From: Chitinophagales bacterium
GTDB lineage: Bacteria > Bacteroidota > Bacteroidia > Chitinophagales > JADJOU01
Length of the DNA stretch: 64,000 nucleotides
Direction of reading: 5' to 3'
Assembly (NCBI GenBank): GCA_030832185.1
Contig: JAURJQ010000027.1
Span: 14,436 to 78,435 of the forward strand
Every line of letters starts with the position of its first letter. Within the stretch, counting starts at the first letter, position 1. Below are positions 54,155 through 61,788 of this stretch, in pieces. The translations under genes were made by a program, and so were the position numbers. The notes under the pieces are model-generated. The model was given only the letters and a program-made list of their open reading frames with translations. It did not search any database and had not been told where the DNA came from.

Positions 54155-55413
54155 ACACAATTCAGCCCCTCGCTGAACGTATGCGACCTCAAAGTTTGGA
54201 CGACTACATAGGTCAGGAAAAACTCATTTCGGATAAAGGCGTTATCAGTCAATTTCTAAAACAAAAAAATTGTCCGTCCATCATTTTTTGGGGAAATCCT
54301 GGAGTAGGTAAAACCACGCTCGCCTATCTCATTGCACAAGAACTGGACTTGCCATTTTTTTCCATCTCTGCTATTTCTTCTGGGGTCAGAGATATTCGAG
54401 ACATCATAGAAAAAAGTCATGAACTCGGACGCGTTTTATTGTTTATTGATGAGATCCATCGATTCAATAAATCCCAGCAAGACTCATTATTGAAAGCAGT
54501 AGAAGAAGGCAGAATTTTACTGATAGGAGCTACGACAGAAAATCCATCTTTCGAAGTCAATCGAGCTCTTCTTTCGAGATGTAAAACGTATGTCTTAGAA
54601 GAACTAAGTACAGATTCTTTAAAGAAAATTGCTTTATCTGCATTGGAAAAAGATGTACTTCTGAGCAAACGTACCATCGAAATAACAGAATGGGATGCGC
54701 TACTAAGACTCTCTGGTGGCGATGCTCGAAAACTTCTCGGAATGATAGAACTAGCGAGTCAGAGTTCATCGCAAGAAAAATTAGTCATTACTAATGAATT
54801 GATACACTCCATAGTGCAGAGCAATAGTGCGAAGTATGATAAGAACGGAGAATTCCACTATGACATAATTAGCGCTTTTATAAAATCGATGCGCGGCTCT
54901 GATCCGAACGCAGCGGTATACTGGATGACAAGGATGATAGAAGGTGGAGAAGATCCTAAATTCATCGCTCGTCGCATGATTATATTCGCATCGGAAGATA
55001 TTGGGATGGCTAATCCGAATGCGCTGCTGCTAGCCAACTCATGCTTTGATGCAGTGTCAAAAATTGGTTATCCAGAATGTAGTATTGTGCTTTCACATAC
55101 GGTAGTATACCTAGCTACATCTGTCAAGAGCAATGCCTCTTACATGGCACTGAGAAAGGCGCAAAAATTAGTGCGAGAAACAGGATACCTGCCTGTACCC
55201 CTTCATCTGCGAAATGCGCCTACTAAATTGATGAAAGACTTGAATTATGGTAAAAACTATCAATATGCACATAGTTACGAGGGGAATTTTGTAGATCAAG
55301 ATTTTCTACCAATTGAAATCAAGGATATTAAATTGTATGAACCTAATAAGAATCCTCGTGAAAATGAAATTTTGCATTTACTTAAAAAGTGTTGGCCGAA
55401 AAAATATTTCTAG
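54139..55413 (+). CDS. rarA: Replication-associated recombination protein A (AAA+ ATPase)
   Basis: PLAERMRPQSLDDYIGQEKL...WGNPGVGKTTLAYLIA...LFIDEIHRFNKSQQD...GDARKLL...HYDIISAFIKSMRGSDPNAAVYW. Confidence 0.93.
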   Translation: MEKSLNTIQPLAERMRPQSLDDYIGQEKLISDKGVISQFLKQKNCPSIIFWGNPGVGKTTLAYLIAQELDLPFFSISAISSGVRDIRDIIEKSHELGRVLLFIDEIHRFNKSQQDSLLKAVEEGRILLIGATTENPSFEVNRALLSRCKTYVLEELSTDSLKKIALSALEKDVLLSKRTIEITEWDALLRLSGGDARKLLGMIELASQSSSQEKLVITNELIHSIVQSNSAKYDKNGEFHYDIISAFIKSMRGSDPNAAVYWMTRMIEGGEDPKFIARRMIIFASEDIGMANPNALLLANSCFDAVSKIGYPECSIVLSHTVVYLATSVKSNASYMALRKAQKLVRETGYLPVPLHLRNAPTKLMKDLNYGKNYQYAHSYEGNFVDQDFLPIEIKDIKLYEPNKNPRENEILHLLKKCWPKKYF

Positions 55414-55433
55414 TCCGACTTTATAAAATAAAT

Positions 55434-55441
55434 TAATTTTG
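55434..55441 (+). promoter_or_regulatory. Bacteroidota-type -7 promoter box (TAnnTTTG)
   Basis: TAATTTTG lies 37 nt upstream of ATG 55479. Confidence 0.45.
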
Positions 55442-55478
55442 AATACTATCGTATTTTCTAATTCTTAATAGACAGAAT

Positions 55479-56180
55479 ATGAATTTTGAAAACATTTTAT
55501 TTATAGATATAGAGACAGTATCTCAATATAAAAATTATGAAGACATGCCGGAAGAATACAAATATGTCTGGAATAAGAAATATGAGCGAAATGAATACCT
55601 CAACGCACTAAATGTTTCCGAGGCTTATGAAAATAAGGCTGCTATTTTCGCAGAATACGGCAAAATAGTTTGCATCTCAGTGGGCTATTATCACAAAGTA
55701 AATGATGAGTATAGAATAAAGTCTTTTGCTAATCATGATGAGAAATCTTTATTGGAAAGCTTTGAACTTTTTTGCCAAAAACTAAAAAATAGCTATGTTT
55801 TCTGTGGACATAATGTGAAGGAATTTGATGTCCCTTATTTGTGTAGAAGATTCTTAATTAACAAGATTGCTATTCCTAAATTATTGGATTTTCAAAATAA
55901 AAAGCCCTGGGAAGTGGAATTGATAGACACACTGCAGCTCTGGAAATTTGGGGATTATAAAAACTACACCTCTCTAGAAACCTTAACGACTATTTTCCAT
56001 ATTCCTACACCTAAGAGTGATATAGATGGCAGTCAAGTAGGTAAAGTGTATTGGGAGGAAAATGATTTAGAGAGAATAGTAAAATACTGTCAGAATGATG
56101 TCATAGCCGTCATTCAGCTCTATCGGGCCTTTCATCAGATGGATTTAATAGAAGATAATAAAATTCAAGTGATATGCTAA
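55479..56180 (+). CDS. DEDD-type 3'-5' exonuclease related to the PolB exonuclease domain
   Basis: ILFIDIETV (Exo I), CGHNVKEFDVPYL (Exo II) and YCQNDVIAV (Exo III). Confidence 0.8.
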   Translation: MNFENILFIDIETVSQYKNYEDMPEEYKYVWNKKYERNEYLNALNVSEAYENKAAIFAEYGKIVCISVGYYHKVNDEYRIKSFANHDEKSLLESFELFCQKLKNSYVFCGHNVKEFDVPYLCRRFLINKIAIPKLLDFQNKKPWEVELIDTLQLWKFGDYKNYTSLETLTTIFHIPTPKSDIDGSQVGKVYWEENDLERIVKYCQNDVIAVIQLYRAFHQMDLIEDNKIQVIC

Positions 56181-56740
56181 GTGAGATTTTAAAGCAGTCT
56201 ATATCGTATTCACTTAGTGAATTTGAAACTATAATAGAAGAAGTCATTCGTACAGGGAGTGAAAAAATATACTCTACAGACATGCATCCTTATGTGTCTA
56301 AGAATTATGACTTAGAAAGGGATATGCAATCCAAATTTTCGCTTCAAAAGAAATTTTTTAATGCTGTGCAGAAAACACAAACAGCAAGTTTGCATCTTAT
56401 CACAGAGGCATGGTGTCTGGACGCTCATATTATTATGCCTCTTTTCAAAGGTATCGCAATTGCCAATCCGAGTATTGATATCAGATTATATCTTCGTGAT
56501 AGGAGTGAAGATCTTATGCAACTATTTCTCACCAATGGTTCTAAATCTATTCCTGTCGTATTCGGATTGGATAAGTTAGGTCAAGAGGCATTTCGATGGG
56601 GACCTCGCTCTGCTAAAGCTAAAGAAGTCTTAGCTCCTGTAATCAATGAGTCTTATGGAATAAGATATCAAGCGCTTTCAAATTTCTATAAACTTGATCT
56701 TACCCAGTCTATACAGGAAGAGTGGGTCGATTTGTTATAA
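56174..56740 (+). CDS. Thioredoxin-fold family protein (no CXXC)
   Basis: ITEAWCLDAHIIMP sits where thioredoxin_9-type proteins have E.WCGDC. It overlaps the upstream gene by 7 nt. Confidence 0.65.
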   Translation: MLSEILKQSISYSLSEFETIIEEVIRTGSEKIYSTDMHPYVSKNYDLERDMQSKFSLQKKFFNAVQKTQTASLHLITEAWCLDAHIIMPLFKGIAIANPSIDIRLYLRDRSEDLMQLFLTNGSKSIPVVFGLDKLGQEAFRWGPRSAKAKEVLAPVINESYGIRYQALSNFYKLDLTQSIQEEWVDLL

Positions 56741-57796
56741 AATCAACATACTATCTCCAAAGGAGTAAAATTTAAATTCATTCTCTATCGCTAGTTTGTA
56801 TAGGCTTATGAGATCTCGCTTGGCTTTTTTATGATCTAGAAAGGCCTGTACTAGAGCCATGAGTGATGATTTAGGTACATGGAAATTGGTAATCAAACTA
56901 TCTGTCAATTTAAAATCAAACCCCGGCATAATAAACATATCAGTACTAGTGATGATATTATCGTTCAGCGTTTTATCTAAGATTATGTCTGCCTGAGACT
57001 CTAGGGTGCGAATAGCCGTAGTGCCTACTGCGATGATATTTTGATTTGTTTTTTTAGCTTCGCGCAGTTTTAATATAGTGGACAGAGAGATCGCTAAAGG
57101 CTCTGTATGCAGTCTGCGCTGCTTTATATTCTCTTCGGATACATCTGCAAAGGTTCCCATCCCTACATGCAGAGTCACTTCGGTTCGTTCTATATTTCTC
57201 TCTGCTATTCGCTCAAATACTCTTTCGGTAAAATGCAAGGAGGCGGTGGGTGCAGCTACTGATTTTTTCTCGTCTGCATAGATGGTTTGATAACGATCTC
57301 GTAGTTGAGATTCTTCAAGGTCTAGCTGACCCAGATAATGAGGTGTAGGAGTAGTACCATATTGAATCATAACCTGCGGCAGAAGTGCTATGTCAAATAG
57401 TGGTAATAAATAAAAATATTGATGATGCTGTCTCAGAATTTTAAATCTATAATCTGCAATGGTGAGTTCCCGACCAGGGATTAATTTTTTCATCACGATG
57501 ACGGGAATAGTTCCATCATCTTGTATTCCTTCATTGTATAGAAATAGCCCTTCTACTTTACCTCCTGTATCTTTGGTAAAATTAGCTCTAGCTGGGATGA
57601 CCCCCGTATTATTCATCACCATAAGGCTATGGCTAGGCAGATAGTTGGCTAGATTATAAAATCTATCAAGATGTACTTCATCCTTTTGTGTGTCATAGAC
57701 CAATAGCTTGGCCATATCTCTAGGTTCGGCAGGATGTTTGCCTATATTAGACTCTGAAATATTATAGTCAAAAGACTGGAGGGGGTGCTCTTTCAT
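56735..57796 (-). CDS. queA: S-adenosylmethionine:tRNA ribosyltransferase-isomerase
   Basis: LQSFDYNISESNIGKHPAEPRDMAKLLVYD...VGTTAIRTLES...FKFYSFGDSMLIL. Confidence 0.92.
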   Translation of the reverse strand: MKEHPLQSFDYNISESNIGKHPAEPRDMAKLLVYDTQKDEVHLDRFYNLANYLPSHSLMVMNNTGVIPARANFTKDTGGKVEGLFLYNEGIQDDGTIPVIVMKKLIPGRELTIADYRFKILRQHHQYFYLLPLFDIALLPQVMIQYGTTPTPHYLGQLDLEESQLRDRYQTIYADEKKSVAAPTASLHFTERVFERIAERNIERTEVTLHVGMGTFADVSEENIKQRRLHTEPLAISLSTILKLREAKKTNQNIIAVGTTAIRTLESQADIILDKTLNDNIITSTDMFIMPGFDFKLTDSLITNFHVPKSSLMALVQAFLDHKKAKRDLISLYKLAIENEFKFYSFGDSMLIL

Positions 57797-57803
57797 TAGA
57801 GCG

Positions 57804-57811
57804 CAAAATTA
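57804..57811 (-). promoter_or_regulatory. Bacteroidota-type -7 promoter box (TAnnTTTG) close to the queA start
   Basis: Plus strand CAAAATTA is TAATTTTG on the minus strand, only 7 nt upstream of ATG 57796. Confidence 0.45.
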
Positions 57812-57868
57812 AAATTTTTTTGTCTTCTCGAAAGAAAACTCAGAATCTAAGTAGATTCTTCGCGAAAA

Positions 57869-58444
57869 CTACTTTCCTTTGGCGATTAATTTTCTCAAAT
57901 TAATCAAGGCATAGCGCATACGACCGAGAGCAGTGTTGAGGTTGGTGCCAGTCATTTCTGCTATTTGCTTGAAGCTATAATCATAGTAATGTCTCAGAAC
58001 GATGATTTCTCGTTGCTCATCAGGAAGGAGTTCTAGATATTTAGCTATATCTATACTTTCTTTGTCTCCTATGATTTGGTCTTCTTTGTGCGTTTCTAGA
58101 ATAGCGATATTATCTAAAATATCGTATTCAGGATTATCATTAGCTACTATTTTTTCCTTTTGATTCTTTCGGAAATGATCCATGCATAAATTATGAGCTA
58201 TGCGCAATACCCAAGGCACGAATTTACCCTCTTCGGCATATTTTTCTTCCTTTAACTTCTGCAATACCTTAATAAATGTGTCCTGAAAGATGTCATCTGC
58301 CACTTCATGGTCTTTGACAATGACATAAATAGAGGTATAAACTTTGTCTTTGTGTTTGGAGAATAATGCTTCGAAAGCTGCGTCATCTCCGTTTACATAT
58401 TGATATATTAAATCAATGTCCTGCAGTGCTACTTTGGTCTTCAT
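57869..58444 (-). CDS. RNA polymerase sigma-70 family factor (ECF-like size)
   Basis: Region 2 is DIFQDTFIKV...WVLRIAHNLCMDHFRK. Region 4 is REIIVLRHYYDYSFKQIAEMTGTNLNTALGRMRYALINLRK. ATG 58444 is preferred over TTG 58450. Confidence 0.88.
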   Translation of the reverse strand: MKTKVALQDIDLIYQYVNGDDAAFEALFSKHKDKVYTSIYVIVKDHEVADDIFQDTFIKVLQKLKEEKYAEEGKFVPWVLRIAHNLCMDHFRKNQKEKIVANDNPEYDILDNIAILETHKEDQIIGDKESIDIAKYLELLPDEQREIIVLRHYYDYSFKQIAEMTGTNLNTALGRMRYALINLRKLIAKGK

Positions 58445-58535
58445 ACTCAACGTTTTTTATAAAGTTAGAAAATAATTTTGAGTAGAGATTTTACTGCATA
58501 GGCGCTTTTTTTGTTTTTGTTAATTTTAATTATAG

Positions 58536-58543
58536 CAAAGATA
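58536..58543 (-). promoter_or_regulatory. Bacteroidota-type -7 promoter box (TAnnTTTG)
   Basis: Plus strand CAAAGATA is TATCTTTG on the minus strand, 91 nt upstream of ATG 58444. Confidence 0.35.
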
Positions 58544-58610
58544 ATTACTTTTTTTGACTTTAAGATATTTTTTTGGTTTGAAGTTTAACTTCTGAACGAT
58601 TATTGTGTTA

Positions 58611-58626
58611 ATTTATTGCAATAAAT
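58611..58626. repeat. Perfect 16-bp palindrome ATTTATTGCAATAAAT
   Basis: Read directly from the sequence. It lies 13 nt downstream of the aminotransferase stop (58640) and upstream of the sigma-factor promoter region. Confidence 0.8.
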
Positions 58627-58639
58627 GTGAAATTTAGTT

Positions 58640-59833
58640 TTAGTTCAATTGTTCTAGAGCCGCCTTTATCCTATCAAAAGCTTTATTTATCATTTCTTCC
58701 GATGCAGCGAATGAAATACGTATGCAATTCGCATCGCCAAAGCTCTTGCCGCCAACTGTAGCCACATGAGCTATCTCTAATAGATACAAGGACATATCTT
58801 CAGAGTTATGAATCATATATCCATTTGCAGATTTACCAAAATAGTAACGAACGTCTGGAAATATATAGAATGCACCATCTGGCTGCGGGCAGTTTATGCC
58901 AGGCAATTCCTTCAGGCGATTTAAAACGAGCTCTCTTCTAGATTTGAATTTTTCTATCATGAAATGTACTTTATCCTGACTTCCATCTAAGGCCTCTATA
59001 GCGGCAGCTTGATTAAAGCTGCAGGCCCCTGATGTAATCTGACCTTGTATTTTATCACAGGCTAATGCTATCTCATTAGATGCAGCCATATAGCCAAGTC
59101 TCCACCCCGTCATGGAATATGCTTTAGAGAATCCATTGACTATAATGGTCCTATCTTTTATTTCGTCAAACTGAGCTATACTGCTATACTGCCCAGCATA
59201 GTTAATGTGTTCATAGATTTCATCTGATATGACATGAATTCTAGGATATTTTTTTAATACTTCTACCATAGCCGCCAGCTCCTGTTGATTGTATACTGCT
59301 CCTGTTGGATTGCACGGAGAAGAAAAAAGGATGACTTTAGTCCGTGAAGTGATAAATGATTCCAGCTTATCTGCACTAGGTTTGAAATTCTCATCAGCAC
59401 CAGCATAGACTTCAATGACCCTGGCCTGCGCTAACTCGCCTATAGCTGCATAGCTAAGCCAAAAAGGAGAGGGAACGAGCATCTCATCTCCCGGATCCAA
59501 TAAAGCCATACAGGCGTTGGATATAGCTTGCTTCGCACCATTGCTTACAACGATTTGATCGAAGGTATAGTTTAGGTTGTTTTCTTTTTTAAGTTTTCGA
59601 CAAATGGCTTCACGCAATGCCTTTGTTCCTGATACAGGGGTATACTTAGTGTCTCCTTTATCGAGTGCTTGTTTACAAGCTGCTTTTATATTTTCTGGCG
59701 TATCGAAATCTGGCTCACCTAGGCTTAAATTGATTATATCTACCCCCTGCTCTTTTAGTTCTCGAGACTTGCGAGCCATAGCTAATGTGGCAGACTCTTT
59801 CATATTTAGAACTCTTGTAGATAATATACTCAT
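58640..59833 (-). CDS. Class I/II PLP aminotransferase (aspartate aminotransferase-like)
   Basis: INLSLGEPDFDTP...YTPVSG...NPTG...SKAYSMTGWRLGY (PLP-Lys context)...IRISFA. Confidence 0.88.
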   Translation of the reverse strand: MSILSTRVLNMKESATLAMARKSRELKEQGVDIINLSLGEPDFDTPENIKAACKQALDKGDTKYTPVSGTKALREAICRKLKKENNLNYTFDQIVVSNGAKQAISNACMALLDPGDEMLVPSPFWLSYAAIGELAQARVIEVYAGADENFKPSADKLESFITSRTKVILFSSPCNPTGAVYNQQELAAMVEVLKKYPRIHVISDEIYEHINYAGQYSSIAQFDEIKDRTIIVNGFSKAYSMTGWRLGYMAASNEIALACDKIQGQITSGACSFNQAAAIEALDGSQDKVHFMIEKFKSRRELVLNRLKELPGINCPQPDGAFYIFPDVRYYFGKSANGYMIHNSEDMSLYLLEIAHVATVGGKSFGDANCIRISFAASEEMINKAFDRIKAALEQLN

Positions 59834-59881
59834 GGTTGATTCAATTACAAATTCTGATTAGGTCTAATTTTCTTTGGAATA

Positions 59882-59889
59882 CAAAGTTA
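59882..59889 (-). promoter_or_regulatory. Bacteroidota-type -7 promoter box (TAnnTTTG)
   Basis: Plus strand CAAAGTTA is TAACTTTG on the minus strand, 48 nt upstream of ATG 59833. Confidence 0.45.
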
Positions 59890-59934
59890 GATAACTAACC
59901 AAACATAAACCCATTTTTTTAATCTATTTACATG

Positions 59935-59942
59935 TATATTTG
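59935..59942 (+). promoter_or_regulatory. Bacteroidota-type -7 promoter box (TAnnTTTG) for hutH
   Basis: TATATTTG lies 18 nt upstream of ATG 59961. The track's TTG start (59940) lies inside the box. Confidence 0.55.
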
Positions 59943-59960
59943 ACGATAATATTGTACAAA

Positions 59961-61439
59961 ATGACACATGAAATCTCTAATAAGAGACTGACTATTGATT
60001 ATTTAGGCTCTTTATTTATGTCGAGTTCTAAATTGAATCTCTCTCGCGAATCTCAATCACAAATCGTTCAAGGTCGAATTTATCTGGAAGAAAAGATAAA
60101 AAGTAGTGATAGTCCAATTTATGGCATCAATACAGGATTCGGCTCTCTTTATAATATTTCTATCAGTGCAGAAAATTTGGAAAAGCTTCAATATAATCTT
60201 ATCGTGTCTCATGCCTGTGGAATGGGTGATTTAGTGCCAGTGGAGATAGCGCGTATGATATTATTTCTCAAAATTCAATCTCTATCTTATGGCCATTCCG
60301 GAGTTACATTAGAGGTGGTGAACAGGCTAATCGACATGTATAACGAAGGAGTTATGCCGGTGATCTATACTCAGGGTTCATTAGGTGCAAGTGGAGATTT
60401 AGCACCACTAGCACATTTGGCATTGCCTCTATTAGGATTAGGAGAGGTATACTACCTGGGTAAGCGAATGTCGGCATCAGAGGTTCTGGAAAAATTGAAT
60501 TGGCAGCCATTGCATTTAAGAGCCAAGGAGGGTCTAGCTCTGCTCAATGGGACACAGTTTATTCAAGGCTATGCGTTGCATATTGCTATTAGGGCTAAAG
60601 AAATTTCAAAAAAATCAAATCAAATAGCTGCGTTATCAATTGACGCATTTGATGGCAGGATAGAACCTTTTGATGCGCTTGTGGGGGAAGTGAGACCGCA
60701 TGCAGGACATATTCAAACTTCAATGGAAATCAGAGAATTACTTGAAGGTAGTGAAATCATAAAGCAAGCGAAAGAACATGTTCAGGATCCGTATTCTTTT
60801 CGCTGCATACCTCAGGTACACGGTGCATCGCTAGAAACATTGAATTATTTTACGTCAGTATTAGAGATAGAAATCAATTCTGTTACGGATAATCCAAATA
60901 TTTTTATTGCGGAAGATAAAATTATATCCGCTGGAAATTTCCACGCCCAGCCCTTATCGCTGCCGCTGGATTTTCTCTCGATAGCGCTCGCCGAATGGGG
61001 CAGTATTAGTGAACGTCGAACGTATCTTTTGATCTCCGGACAGCGCAGCTTGCCTTTATATTTAGCAGCCAATCCAGGATTAAATTCAGGATTTATGATA
61101 GCTCAATATACTGCTGCCTCTATTGTTTCACAAAATAAACAATATGCTACTCCTGCTTCTATTGACAGTATAGTTAGCAGTAATGGCCAAGAAGATCACG
61201 TAAGCATGGGAGCTAATGCCGCTACCAAATGCCTAAAAATAGTAGAAAATGTAGAAAGAATATTGGGAATAGAGGCTATGACAGCCTGTCAAGCATTAGA
61301 TTTTAGAAAATCGACCAAAACGAGTCCGAGAAATATGGAACTCTATAATCAACTAAGACAGAAAGTCAAATTCATCGAAGATGATGTCATTATGTTCACT
61401 CAGTTAAATGCGAGCGTAGAATCAATGTTTAATCACTAA
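59961..61439 (+). CDS. hutH: Histidine ammonia-lyase
   Basis: The MIO-forming motif GSLGASGDLAPLAHL is present. The selectivity positions read Ser-His (LIVSHACGMG, codons 60207-60212), as in HAL. TAL has His-Leu and PAL has Phe-Leu at these positions. Confidence 0.88.
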   Translation: MTHEISNKRLTIDYLGSLFMSSSKLNLSRESQSQIVQGRIYLEEKIKSSDSPIYGINTGFGSLYNISISAENLEKLQYNLIVSHACGMGDLVPVEIARMILFLKIQSLSYGHSGVTLEVVNRLIDMYNEGVMPVIYTQGSLGASGDLAPLAHLALPLLGLGEVYYLGKRMSASEVLEKLNWQPLHLRAKEGLALLNGTQFIQGYALHIAIRAKEISKKSNQIAALSIDAFDGRIEPFDALVGEVRPHAGHIQTSMEIRELLEGSEIIKQAKEHVQDPYSFRCIPQVHGASLETLNYFTSVLEIEINSVTDNPNIFIAEDKIISAGNFHAQPLSLPLDFLSIALAEWGSISERRTYLLISGQRSLPLYLAANPGLNSGFMIAQYTAASIVSQNKQYATPASIDSIVSSNGQEDHVSMGANAATKCLKIVENVERILGIEAMTACQALDFRKSTKTSPRNMELYNQLRQKVKFIEDDVIMFTQLNASVESMFNH

Positions 61440-61456
61440 AATCAATTTAAATACAA

Positions 61457-61780
61457 ATGAAAACATTAAATGAAATACAAGACATAGATAAAATTATTAA
61501 GCTATCGCATGGTAAACTTCAGCTGATCTTCAAACATAGCACGGTTTGTCCTATTTCCAGAATGTCATATGAAAAAATGCTAGCAGAGTATCCCTTGCTA
61601 GAGGATCAAGCAGATCTTTATTATCTGGGCGTCAAAGAACAAAGGCCTCTTTCTAATTATGTGGCGGAAGTTTTAAATATTAGGCATGAATCTCCGCAAT
61701 TACTTGCGGTGCGAAATGGGGAATGTATTTTTAATGAATCACATTTAATGATAGACCCGAAAATTTTAACTACAATATAG
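61457..61780 (+). CDS. ytxJ: YtxJ-family monothiol thioredoxin-like protein (bacillithiol system)
   Basis: LIFKHSTVCPISRMSYEKM matches the conserved KHST.CPIS motif of YtxJ. The size (107 aa) is typical. Confidence 0.8.
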   Translation: MKTLNEIQDIDKIIKLSHGKLQLIFKHSTVCPISRMSYEKMLAEYPLLEDQADLYYLGVKEQRPLSNYVAEVLNIRHESPQLLAVRNGECIFNESHLMIDPKILTTI

Positions 61781-61788
61781 TTTTAGAA

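Noticed and set aside
59961-61439. Whether the ammonia-lyase is a tyrosine or phenylalanine ammonia-lyase feeding flexirubin-type pigment synthesis
   Set aside because: The selectivity-switch positions read Ser-His (VSHACG), as in histidine ammonia-lyases. TAL has His-Leu and PAL has Phe-Leu at these positions. No polyketide or pigment genes are adjacent.
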